DNA of 64,000 nucleotides from a bacterium (GTDB lineage Bacteria; JAAXHH01): NCBI GenBank assembly GCA_965200485.1, contig CBDAUD010000001.1, positions 875,597 to 939,596 of the forward strand, read 5' to 3'. Shown piece by piece: positions 38,675 to 47,758 of this stretch (position 1 is its first letter; each line of letters starts with the position of its first letter). The notes under the pieces were generated by a model. It saw only the letters and a program-made list of their open reading frames with translations, ran no database searches and was not told where the DNA came from. The position numbers and the translations under genes were made by a program.

Positions 38675-40063
38675 TTGTCGCAACAGACAGTTGACATAGA
38701 CCAGGCCGAAACGTATACGGGCGATGGCGTTGTAGCACCCGAGTACAATAACACCACGGTCACGCAAAAGATCTCCAACCTCGTCCTGAGGAAGGAGACG
38801 CCCTTGGGTCTGTTTCTGGCCGTCGGGCTCCTGCTTCCGATCGTCGGCCTACTCGGAATCTCCGTCACCTGGCTGGTGCTGGTCGGTACCGGCATCTGGG
38901 GTCTGAACGTACCGGTGGGCTGGGGATTCGCCATCATCAACTTCGTCTGGTGGATCGGGATCGGACATGCCGGGACGCTCATCTCCGCCATCCTGCATCT
39001 CATGCGGCAGGACTGGCGCAATTCGATCAACCGTTTCGCCGAAGCCATGACGATTTTCGCCGTGATGTGCGCGGGCATGTTTCCGCTGCTCCACGTGGGC
39101 CGTCCCTGGCTGGCGTACTGGCTGCTCCCGCTGCCCAACACCATGTCGCTCTGGCCCCAGTGGCGGTCGCCGCTGGTCTGGGACGTCTTCGCCGTATCCA
39201 CCTATTTCACCGTTTCGCTCATTTTCTGGTACATGGGCATGATCCCGGATCTCGGCACCCTGCGGGATCGGGCAAAGCATCCGGTCATCGCGCGGATCTT
39301 CGGCGTGTTGTCCATGGGCTGGCGCGGCGCGTCCTCTCACTGGGCCCGCTACGAAAAGGCCTACCTGATCCTGGCCGGTCTATCCACGCCCCTGGTTCTG
39401 TCCGTGCACTCCATCGTTTCACTGGACTTCGCCGTTTCGCTGATTCCGGGTTGGCACACCACGGTGTTTCCGCCCTACTTCGTGGCCGGCGCCATCTACG
39501 CGGGATTCGCCATGGTGCTGACGCTGACCATTCCCGTACGCAAGTGGTTCGGCCTCGAGGGGCTCATTACGACGCGCCATCTGGAGAACATGGGCAAAGT
39601 GACCCTGGCGACGGGCTTCATCGTCGTGTACGGATACGCCATGGAGGTCTTCATCTCGTGGTACAGCGCGAGCCCGTACGAAGGGTTCATGATGTGGAAC
39701 CGCATGACCGGCCAGTACGCGCCGTTTTACTGGGCGCTGATCTTCTGCAACGCCGTCAGCATTCAGATACTGTGGTGGAAGCGGGCGCGGCGCAGCCCCG
39801 TCGTGCTTTTCGTCGTTTCCCTGATCGTCGGCGTCGGCATGTGGCTGGAACGGTTCGTCATCGTCGTGACCAGCCTGGCCAACGACTACATGCCTTCGTC
39901 GTGGGACTACTACGCGGGCACGATCTGGGACTGGAGCATGTACATCGGCACCATCGGTTTCTTCCTTTTCATGATGTGCCTGTTCATCCGGTTCCTGCCC
40001 ATGATCCCCATGTCCGAGATGAAGATGGTTATTCCGAAGCACCGGAAAGCGAAGGACGCCTGA
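38675..40063 (+). CDS. actC: Alternative Complex III subunit ActC (NrfD/PsrC-like quinol-interacting membrane subunit)
   Basis: 462 aa, about 10 TM. Position and family are consistent with ActC. Confidence 0.85.
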   Translation: MSQQTVDIDQAETYTGDGVVAPEYNNTTVTQKISNLVLRKETPLGLFLAVGLLLPIVGLLGISVTWLVLVGTGIWGLNVPVGWGFAIINFVWWIGIGHAGTLISAILHLMRQDWRNSINRFAEAMTIFAVMCAGMFPLLHVGRPWLAYWLLPLPNTMSLWPQWRSPLVWDVFAVSTYFTVSLIFWYMGMIPDLGTLRDRAKHPVIARIFGVLSMGWRGASSHWARYEKAYLILAGLSTPLVLSVHSIVSLDFAVSLIPGWHTTVFPPYFVAGAIYAGFAMVLTLTIPVRKWFGLEGLITTRHLENMGKVTLATGFIVVYGYAMEVFISWYSASPYEGFMMWNRMTGQYAPFYWALIFCNAVSIQILWWKRARRSPVVLFVVSLIVGVGMWLERFVIVVTSLANDYMPSSWDYYAGTIWDWSMYIGTIGFFLFMMCLFIRFLPMIPMSEMKMVIPKHRKAKDA

Positions 40064-40064
40064 T

Positions 40065-40613
40065 ATGAATCACGGACACGCGCAACCGGAGCTGCGCGGC
40101 CTCCTGGCCGAGTTTGAAAACGAGGAATCCATCGTGGAAGCCACGCAGAAGACCGTGGACGCGGGTTATCGGCATATAGAGACCTACACGCCCTACCCGC
40201 TTGAGGAGTTGCTGGACATCCAGCACCTCCACAAGAACAAGGTGGCGCTGGTGATCCTCATCGGGGGCCTGACCGGCTGTGCCGTGGGTTTCCTGATGCA
40301 GTACTTCGCCTCCGTGATCCACTATCCGATCAACGTCGGCGGGCGGCCGCTCAACAGCTGGCCGGCCTTCATTCCGGTCATGTTCGAGTGCACGGTCCTG
40401 TTCGCCGCTTTCTCCGCCATGATCGGGATGATGGTCATGAACAAACTGCCGCGTCCCCATCATCCGTTGTTCGAGATCGAGCGGTTCCGATACGCCACGC
40501 AGGATCGGTTCTTTCTTTCCATCGAGGCGGAAGACCCGTACTTCGAAAAAGACGCCACCCGGCAGTTTCTCGAGGAACTGAATCCACACGAGGTGACCGA
40601 AGTTGAAGCGTAA
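40065..40613 (+). CDS. actD: Alternative Complex III subunit ActD
   Basis: 182 aa with two TM. Immediately follows actC (1-nt gap). Confidence 0.8.
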   Translation: MNHGHAQPELRGLLAEFENEESIVEATQKTVDAGYRHIETYTPYPLEELLDIQHLHKNKVALVILIGGLTGCAVGFLMQYFASVIHYPINVGGRPLNSWPAFIPVMFECTVLFAAFSAMIGMMVMNKLPRPHHPLFEIERFRYATQDRFFLSIEAEDPYFEKDATRQFLEELNPHEVTEVEA

Positions 40614-41205
40614 CGCCATGGTCCGCATATACGCCGGCGTCCTGTGTGTCCTGTGTCTGGCCGCCACGATGGCCTGCCGCCAGGACATGCACGATCAGCC
40701 CCGGGCCGAACCTTTCGAAGAAAGCGATTTCTTCGGCGACCGGCGTTCGGCGCGTCCCGCGGTGCAGGGGACCATACCCCGCGGGCATTTGCGACTGGAC
40801 GAGCATTTCTACACGGGCAAGATCAACGGCGCGCTGGCCACGACTTTTCCCGCTCCGGTGACGATCGAAATGCTCAACCGCGGGCGGGAGCGGTACGATA
40901 TCTACTGCGCACCGTGCCACAGCAAGGTGGGAGACGGACTCGGCATGATCGTTCAGCGGGGCATGAAACAGCCGGAGTCCTTCCATAGCCAACGGCTGCT
41001 TGATGTCGAGGTGGGACATTTCTTTGACGTGGTGACGAACGGCTTCGGCAACATGTACAGCTACGAGGAACGCATCAATCCGTCCGACCGGTGGGCCATC
41101 ACCGCCTACGTCAAGGCGCTGCAACTAAGCCAGGGCGCCGACCTGGCCGACCTGCCCGAATCGGACCAGCAGCATATTCAACAAATCGTGGAAGTGGAAG
41201 AATGA
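40603..41205 (+). CDS. actE: Alternative Complex III subunit ActE (monohaem cytochrome c)
   Basis: Single CAPCH haem site. Signal/lipobox-like N-terminus (VLCVLCLAATMAC). The start is either TTG 40603 (overlaps actD) or ATG 40618. Confidence 0.82.
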   Translation: MKRNAMVRIYAGVLCVLCLAATMACRQDMHDQPRAEPFEESDFFGDRRSARPAVQGTIPRGHLRLDEHFYTGKINGALATTFPAPVTIEMLNRGRERYDIYCAPCHSKVGDGLGMIVQRGMKQPESFHSQRLLDVEVGHFFDVVTNGFGNMYSYEERINPSDRWAITAYVKALQLSQGADLADLPESDQQHIQQIVEVEE

Positions 41206-42392
41206 CCGTGATTCCCAATAGTTTGCTCACGCAGATTGGCAATATGCAGTCCCGGGCGCTTACCGTGGGCGTCGTGCTGGTGCTGGGTGGATTGCTCTAC
41301 GCATTCGCCTTGGGCGAGATGGCCGGTTTCTACCAGGCCTATCTGGTCGGCTACATGGTCGTCGCAGGCATCACCCTGGTATGCATGGCCTTCACCATGC
41401 TGCATCACCTGATCGGCGGACGCTGGGGATTCGTCATCCAGCGCCTGCTCGAAGCCGCGATGAGTACGTTGCCGGTGTTGCTCGTCCTCTTCATACCCAT
41501 CGTGCTGGGCATGCACGACCTGTACCATTGGACGCACCCGGAAGCGGTGGCGGCCGATCCGATCCTGCAGCACAAGGAAGCCTATCTCAACACGCCCTTC
41601 TTCCTCATCCGAACCGCGGCCTATTTCGCGATCTGGATCACGGCTTCGTTCCTGTTGATCAAGTGGTCCAGGGCGCAGGACACATCGGGAGACCCCGCGC
41701 TGACGGACAAGATCCGCAACGTCGCCGGACCCGGTGTCGTGGTGTTCGCCCTGACCATGACCTTCGCGTCCTTCGACTGGATCATGTCCACCGACCCGCA
41801 CTGGTTCTCGACGCTCTACGGAGTCATGATGATCGTCAGCAGCGGGGGCGCCGCCCTCTCGTTCATTGTCATCATGATGACCTGGCTGCGGCGCCACGAA
41901 CCCATCTCGGAACTCGCCGACGCGGACCGGTTTCACGACTGGGGCAAGTTGCTACTGGCCTTTACGCTGCTGTGGTTCTATATGATGCTGTCGCAGTTCC
42001 TGATCATCTGGGCGGCCAACCTGCCGGAAGAAAACCCGTGGTATGTGCATCGCGTTCACGGCGGATGGGAAGTCGTGTCCATCGTGCTGGTGCTCTGCCG
42101 GTTCGTGATCGCTTTCTTCCTGCTTCTTTCCATACCGCGGAAGCGTGACCCGCGTCGCCTGGTGCGAGTGGCCTGGTTCATCCTGGTCATGCACCTGGTG
42201 GATATATTCTGGCACGTGGCGCCCAACTTCCGTCTGGACGGGTTTGGGGTCAGCGTGCTGGATGTGATTGTCCCGGTCGGGCTGGCTGGCATCTGGTTTT
42301 ACTTCGTGCTGAATCGACTGAAGCGGAATCCGCTGATTCCACAGAAGGATCCGCGATTCGAGGAACTCGTGGCATCGGCCTCGAAGGCATAG
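41202..42392 (+). CDS. actF: Alternative Complex III subunit ActF (NrfD-like membrane subunit)
   Basis: About 396 aa from ATG 41202 (MTVIPNSLL...). Multi-TM. The track ORF starts earlier in the shadow of actE. ATGA-type overlap with actE. Confidence 0.82.
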   Translation: MTVIPNSLLTQIGNMQSRALTVGVVLVLGGLLYAFALGEMAGFYQAYLVGYMVVAGITLVCMAFTMLHHLIGGRWGFVIQRLLEAAMSTLPVLLVLFIPIVLGMHDLYHWTHPEAVAADPILQHKEAYLNTPFFLIRTAAYFAIWITASFLLIKWSRAQDTSGDPALTDKIRNVAGPGVVVFALTMTFASFDWIMSTDPHWFSTLYGVMMIVSSGGAALSFIVIMMTWLRRHEPISELADADRFHDWGKLLLAFTLLWFYMMLSQFLIIWAANLPEENPWYVHRVHGGWEVVSIVLVLCRFVIAFFLLLSIPRKRDPRRLVRVAWFILVMHLVDIFWHVAPNFRLDGFGVSVLDVIVPVGLAGIWFYFVLNRLKRNPLIPQKDPRFEELVASASKA

Positions 42393-42404
42393 GGACACGG
42401 ACAA

Positions 42405-42830
42405 ATGAATCACGGAAAGCAGCATAACATTGTAGACGAAGCGGCGGTAGAGCGGGGACACGAGGTATTCGAAACCAATGTGCCCCTGGTCATCAAGTTT
42501 GGCATCGGCCTGACTGTGCTCGCGGTCATCTCCATGGTGCTGATGTGGTTGATGTTCGTTGTCGTCGAAGACTACAATGCGTTGTCCTTCGAAACGCCGT
42601 CTCCGCTGATCGAAGAGCACGCGCTTCCGCCCGAACCGCGGCTGCAGGTCATCCCCGAAGAAGACCTGATCGCCCTCTGGGAGGCGGAAGACAAAAAGCT
42701 GAACAATTACGGATGGGTGATCCGGACAGCGGAGATCGTTCAGATTCCGATCGACCGGGCCATGCACCTGATCGCGACCGACGACCGGTACAAGCTGCCG
42801 GTGGCAACGGGACAAGGGGAAGGGCAGTAG
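42405..42830 (+). CDS. Small single-TM protein embedded between actF and sco; candidate accessory subunit of ACIII or oxidase-assembly factor
   Basis: 141 aa. One TM (LVIKFGIGLTVLAVISMVLMWLMFVVV). Tight spacing: 12 nt after actF, 1 nt before sco. Confidence 0.55.
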   Translation: MNHGKQHNIVDEAAVERGHEVFETNVPLVIKFGIGLTVLAVISMVLMWLMFVVVEDYNALSFETPSPLIEEHALPPEPRLQVIPEEDLIALWEAEDKKLNNYGWVIRTAEIVQIPIDRAMHLIATDDRYKLPVATGQGEGQ

Positions 42831-42831
42831 C

Positions 42832-43737
42832 GTGACGACGGCCATCAACCGATATAAAATCGCTGCTTATGCCGTAGGGGCGTTTCTGTTTTCGATCCTG
42901 ATCGTGCCGTCTCCGGGCGTCATCGCGCAGGAAGAGGGTCGACCGACCATCATGAAAGACGTGACCTCGGGGCCCGGACTGGAAGCAGGCGCCACGCCTG
43001 AAATCCTGAAGCACGTCGGCGTTGAGCAGAAAATCGGTGCCGTGCTGCCCCTGGATCTTTCCTTCACCGACGAGGCGGGGGCGCCGGTAACGCTGGGCAG
43101 CTACTTTGGCGATAAGCCGGTTATCCTGTCGCTGGTGTACTACGATTGCCCGATGTTGTGCACGGAGGTCCTGAACGGCCTCAACCGGAGTCTGGCCCCG
43201 TTGAATTACAGCATCGGCCAGGAGTTCGAGGTCATAACCGTCAGTTTCGACCCGAGGGAAACGCCGACGCTGGCGTCGCAGAAGAAAGCGGTCTACACGC
43301 AGCGGTACGGACGGCCCGGAACCGCGGAAGGCTGGCATTTCCTGACGGGAGACGCGCCGGCGATCGACGCGCTGACGGAGACTGTCGGCTTCAACTATGT
43401 CTATGATGAAAAGGAAGGGCAGTTCGTCCACGGCAGCGCGATCATGATCGTCAGTCCGCAGGGCACGGTTTCCCACTACTTCTTCGGAATCGAATATCCG
43501 TCGGAAGACATCCGGCTGGCTCTCGTCGAATCTTCCGAGGAAAAACTGGGCACCATGTTTGACCAGATCATGTTGTACTGTTTCAACTACGATCCCGAGC
43601 AGGGCAGATACGGGGTCGCCATCATGAACGCGATGCGCGTTGCCGGGCTGGTCACGCTGCTGGCCATGGGTTCCTTCATGGTCGTCATGTTCAAACGGGA
43701 CCGCCGCAGACGGCGGAAGAGCCCAACCATAAAGTGA
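42832..43737 (+). CDS. sco: SCO1/SenC-family copper chaperone (thioredoxin fold)
   Basis: 301 aa. N-terminal TM anchor. CxxxC copper motif DCPMLCTEV and conserved His (FVHGSAIMIV region). Confidence 0.85.
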   Translation: MTTAINRYKIAAYAVGAFLFSILIVPSPGVIAQEEGRPTIMKDVTSGPGLEAGATPEILKHVGVEQKIGAVLPLDLSFTDEAGAPVTLGSYFGDKPVILSLVYYDCPMLCTEVLNGLNRSLAPLNYSIGQEFEVITVSFDPRETPTLASQKKAVYTQRYGRPGTAEGWHFLTGDAPAIDALTETVGFNYVYDEKEGQFVHGSAIMIVSPQGTVSHYFFGIEYPSEDIRLALVESSEEKLGTMFDQIMLYCFNYDPEQGRYGVAIMNAMRVAGLVTLLAMGSFMVVMFKRDRRRRRKSPTIK

Positions 43738-43741
43738 GCGT

Positions 43742-44689
43742 ATGAACAACCAATTCCAACTGCATCCCGAAATCGCCTCGACTTTTGCCTTCGACGTCGA
43801 TCTGTTGTATTTTTTCGTCGTGGCCGTCAGCATTTTCTTCATGGCCCTGATCTGCGTGCTGATCTTCGTCTTCGCGATGAAGTACCGGCGTCGGACCGAG
43901 GACCAGCAGGCGGAATCCCAATCCCACGGCAACCTGCTTCTTGAGATCACCTGGTCGGCGATTCCGCTCGTCCTCATGCTGATCATGTTCGCCTGGGGGG
44001 TCTGGCTCTTCTTCCGGGTATATCAGATCCCGGAAGGCGCCATGGAGTACTACGTGGTGGGCAAGCAATGGATGTGGCACGTTCAGCACCCCACCGGACA
44101 GCGGGAAATCAATGAAATGCACGTGCCGATCAACACGCCGGTCAAGCTGACCATGGCGTCCGAGGACGTCATACACAGTTTCTTCATCCCGGCGTTCCGG
44201 GTAAAGAACGACGTAATCCCCGGACGGTACACGTCGCTGACCTTCGAGGCGACTAAACCCGGCAAGTACCATCTGTTCTGCGCCGAATACTGCGGCACCG
44301 AGCACTCGCTCATGGTCGGAAGCGTGTACGCCATGGAACCGGAAGACTATCAGAACTGGCTGGGCGGCGGTGTGGCCGACGAGACCCCGGAGGAAGCCGG
44401 AGCGCGGCTCTTCTCGCAGCTCAACTGCGATACCTGCCACAGCGACCAGGCCGGCTCGCGGGGACCGTCCCTGAACGGCAAGTTCGGCACGGAAGAGACC
44501 CTCGCCAGTGGAGAACGCATCCTGATCGACGAAGCCTATATCCGGGAATCCATCGTCAATCCCAGGGTCCGCCTCGTATCCGGCTATCCGGCCATCATGC
44601 CGACCTACCAGGGTCAGATCACGGAGACCAACATCTTCAATCTGATTTCCTACATTAAGTCATTGCCGAGCACGGAGGTCGCCCAATGA
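43742..44689 (+). CDS. coxB: Cytochrome c oxidase subunit II with C-terminal cytochrome c domain (caa3-type)
   Basis: Two N-terminal TM helices. CuA site [13 protein letters not shown]...[10 protein letters not shown]-terminal haem c site CDTCH. Confidence 0.92.
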   Translation: MNNQFQLHPEIASTFAFDVDLLYFFVVAVSIFFMALICVLIFVFAMKYRRRTEDQQAESQSHGNLLLEITWSAIPLVLMLIMFAWGVWLFFRVYQIPEGAMEYYVVGKQWMWHVQHPTGQREINEMHVPINTPVKLTMASEDVIHSFFIPAFRVKNDVIPGRYTSLTFEATKPGKYHLFCAEYCGTEHSLMVGSVYAMEPEDYQNWLGGGVADETPEEAGARLFSQLNCDTCHSDQAGSRGPSLNGKFGTEETLASGERILIDEAYIRESIVNPRVRLVSGYPAIMPTYQGQITETNIFNLISYIKSLPSTEVAQ

Positions 44690-46353
44690 GCACGATAGCG
44701 CAACACGGGGCCGCCGAACACAGGATGCCCCGCGATCACTTTCTGAACGCGGCCTACACGGTCAAGTCGTGGCTGCTGACGATGGACCACAAACGCGTGG
44801 GATTGCTCTACCTGTTTTCGATCTCCTTCTTTTTCCTGATCGGGGGAACCTTCGCCAGTCTGATCCGCCTGGAACTGGCCACGCCGGAAGCGGACCTGAT
44901 GGAAGCGGATCAGTACAATGTGGCCTTCTCCATGCACGGCATCGTCATGATCTTCTTCTTCCTGATCCCGTCTATACCCGCCGTGTTCGGCAACTTCGTC
45001 ATGCCCCTCATGATCGGGGCCAAGGACGTGGCCTTCCCGAAACTGAACCTGACGAGCTGGTACCTGTTCATCTTCGGGGGCACCTTCGGCGTGTTGACCA
45101 CCCTGCTCGGGGGCGTGGACACGGGATGGACTTTCTACACCCCCTTCAGCAGCACGTACTCCAACAGCAACGTGATCCTGGCGGGGATGGCGGCCTTCAT
45201 CGCCGGCTTTTCCTCCATCCTGACCGGGCTGAACTTCATGGTGACCATTCACAAGATGCGGGCGCCGGGCATCACCTGGTTCAAGATGCCGCTCTTCGTA
45301 TGGGGCATGTACGCCACGAGTCTCATCATGGTCCTCGGCACGCCGGTCATCGCCATCACGCTGGGCCTCATGATGATCGAGCGCGGGCTGCACATCGGCA
45401 TATTCGATCCCGCTCTGGGTGGCGACCCGGTCCTGTTCCAGCACCTGTTCTGGTTCTACTCCCATCCCGCGGTGTACATCATGATTCTGCCGGGCATGGG
45501 CGTCATCTCCGAAGTCATCGCGGCCTTCTGCAGGAAGCGGATTTTCGGATACGATTTCATCGCCATGTCCAGCGTTGCGATTGCGGTGCTGGGCTTCTTC
45601 GTCTGGGGGCATCATCTCTTCGTGAGCGGCCAGTCGATCTACGCCGGCATGGTTTTTTCCTTTATCACCATGCTGGTCGCGGTGCCTTCGGCGATCAAGG
45701 TCTTCAACTGGATGGCGACCATCTACAAGGGCTCGGTCTCCTACGACGCGCCCATGCTCTATGCCTTGGGTTTCATCGGCCTCTTCTCCGTGGGCGGCCT
45801 GACCGGCGTGTTTCTGGCCATCATGGGGCTGGACATCCACATGCACGACACGTACTTCGTGGTAGCCCACTTCCACTATGTCATGGTGGGCGGCGCCGTA
45901 ACGGCCTTCATGGCTGCGCTTCATTTCTGGTGGCCCAAGATCACCGGACGCATGTACCCGGAAGCGTGGTCGCGCCTTGCCGCCCTGCTGATCTTCGCCG
46001 GGTTCAACCTGACCTTCTTCCCGCAGTTCATCGTGGGTTATCTCGGGATGCCGCGGCGTTATCACGTCTACCCGGAAGAGTGGCAGCTCTTGAACATCAT
46101 GTCGTCCGCCGGCGCCACCATCCTAGCGGTGGCCTTCATCGTCCCGGCGATCTACCTGATCTGGTCGCTGAAGTACGGGAAGCCCTCCGGTCCCAATCCC
46201 TGGCGGGCAACGGGACTGGAATGGATCCTGTCGTCGCCTCCGCCGGAACACAACTTCCCGGCCACGCCGATCGTGGAGGAAGAACCGTACGACTACGGCG
46301 AGGTGATCGAAAATCCGGTGCACCAGGAAGAGAAAGAACGGGAACACGCTTAG
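44686..46353 (+). CDS. coxA: Cytochrome c oxidase subunit I
   Basis: 555 aa. Canonical haem-copper oxidase subunit I sequence ([15 protein letters not shown]..., [10 protein letters not shown]..., HFHYVM). Confidence 0.95.
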   Translation: MSTIAQHGAAEHRMPRDHFLNAAYTVKSWLLTMDHKRVGLLYLFSISFFFLIGGTFASLIRLELATPEADLMEADQYNVAFSMHGIVMIFFFLIPSIPAVFGNFVMPLMIGAKDVAFPKLNLTSWYLFIFGGTFGVLTTLLGGVDTGWTFYTPFSSTYSNSNVILAGMAAFIAGFSSILTGLNFMVTIHKMRAPGITWFKMPLFVWGMYATSLIMVLGTPVIAITLGLMMIERGLHIGIFDPALGGDPVLFQHLFWFYSHPAVYIMILPGMGVISEVIAAFCRKRIFGYDFIAMSSVAIAVLGFFVWGHHLFVSGQSIYAGMVFSFITMLVAVPSAIKVFNWMATIYKGSVSYDAPMLYALGFIGLFSVGGLTGVFLAIMGLDIHMHDTYFVVAHFHYVMVGGAVTAFMAALHFWWPKITGRMYPEAWSRLAALLIFAGFNLTFFPQFIVGYLGMPRRYHVYPEEWQLLNIMSSAGATILAVAFIVPAIYLIWSLKYGKPSGPNPWRATGLEWILSSPPPEHNFPATPIVEEEPYDYGEVIENPVHQEEKEREHA

Positions 46354-46420
46354 GCGTCTCGCGGGTGCGCGACCAGTGTTTGCTCTGGTGCGCGCAGTCA
46401 TTCTTTGAAGGAGCAAGATC

Positions 46421-47110
46421 GTGTCAGTCAGTACGGAAGCGGTCCACCACGGCCACGATGTACACGAAGACCATCCCCAGTACATGCGTCATCAGTTCGA
46501 CGACATGGAACAGCAGAACGATGCCGCCAGCCTCGGGATGTGGCTGTTCCTGCTGACGGAAGTCATGTTCTTCGGCGGGTTCTTCCTGGGATATTCGATC
46601 TATCGGAGCCAGTACTACGATTCCTTCGTCATCGGCAGCCAGAATCTCGACGTCTTCCTGGGCGGCCTGAACACCGTTGCCCTGATCACCAGCAGCGTGA
46701 CGATGGCGTTCGCCGTCCGGGCGGCCCAGCTCGGCAAGAAGAACCATGTCGTCGCCTTCCTGGTGTTGACGCTCGTACTCGGTTTCGTGTTCATGATCAA
46801 CAAGTACATCGAGTACTCCCACAAACTGCACGACGGGCTGATTCCCGGGTTCAATTTCAACTGGGCCGGTATGGGCGACGGGCAGACCATACAGTTGTTC
46901 TACGCCTTCTATTTCTGCATGACCGGTACCCACGGCCTGCACGTCCTCATCGGGCTGGCGCTCATCGTCTGGCTGCTGATCCGCACCCTGCAGAACAAGT
47001 TCACCACCGAGTACTATGCGCCGATTGAGAACTTCGGTCTGTACTGGCACTTTGTCGATCTGGTCTGGATCTTCCTGTTCCCGCTGCTTTACCTCATCGG
47101 TGGATTGTGA
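46421..47110 (+). CDS. coxC: Cytochrome c oxidase subunit III
   Basis: 229 aa, about 5-7 TM. The start [17 protein letters not shown] is typical of subunit III. Confidence 0.88.
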   Translation: MSVSTEAVHHGHDVHEDHPQYMRHQFDDMEQQNDAASLGMWLFLLTEVMFFGGFFLGYSIYRSQYYDSFVIGSQNLDVFLGGLNTVALITSSVTMAFAVRAAQLGKKNHVVAFLVLTLVLGFVFMINKYIEYSHKLHDGLIPGFNFNWAGMGDGQTIQLFYAFYFCMTGTHGLHVLIGLALIVWLLIRTLQNKFTTEYYAPIENFGLYWHFVDLVWIFLFPLLYLIGGL

Positions 47111-47129
47111 TCGTATTGGGAAAACTACC

Positions 47130-47486
47130 ATGACAGAACATGCCGAACACGGCCAGCATACCGCAGGCAGTCACGGGGACCACCACGGGCCCCATATCGC
47201 ATCCGTGGCCAACTACCTGACCATCTTCGCGGTGTTGCTGGTCCTCACCGCCGTGACCGTGTGGATCGCTACGGTGGATCTGGGCTTTTTGAACACGCCG
47301 GTGGCCATGGCCATTGCCAGCGTCAAGGCCATCCTGGTGATCCTGTACTTCATGCACTTGAAGTTCAGCCCCGGCCAGACCAAACTGGCCGCCGCAGCCG
47401 CCATCTTCTGGCTGCTCATACTCCTCATCATCACCTTCTTCGACTACATCGGCCGCACTTGGCAGCACAATCCGGCGGGCTGGTAG
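47130..47486 (+). CDS. coxD: Cytochrome c oxidase subunit IV (small caa3 subunit)
   Basis: 118 aa from ATG 47130 (MTEHAEHGQHTAG...), His-rich N-terminus, three TM helices. The track ORF begins earlier in the shadow of coxC. Confidence 0.75.
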   Translation: MTEHAEHGQHTAGSHGDHHGPHIASVANYLTIFAVLLVLTAVTVWIATVDLGFLNTPVAMAIASVKAILVILYFMHLKFSPGQTKLAAAAAIFWLLILLIITFFDYIGRTWQHNPAGW

Positions 47487-47758
47487 GCATCGAGAAAATC
47501 GAAATCGCCATAGAGCATGCGAAGGGTTCCGGCGTTTTGGAAATCGATGCAAACGTTTCCGAAATTGAAATACAGGTAATACCCGTCAGATAGAACGTGC
47601 GGCAACTAGTGTTTCGTTGAATCTACCGTTTAGATCGGCTGAAATCGACTTTACGAAATACTAGCTCGGATTCTTCCCTACGAATCACGCTCTGAATGCC
47701 GGCCACCGTTTGACGTACGATTTCGGGACTTCTGCGGAGAAGGCAGAAAGGAGACGTT

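Noticed and set aside
42649-43986. 445-aa minus-strand ORF
   Set aside because: Antisense to the small TM protein, sco and the start of coxB. Arg-rich shadow composition.
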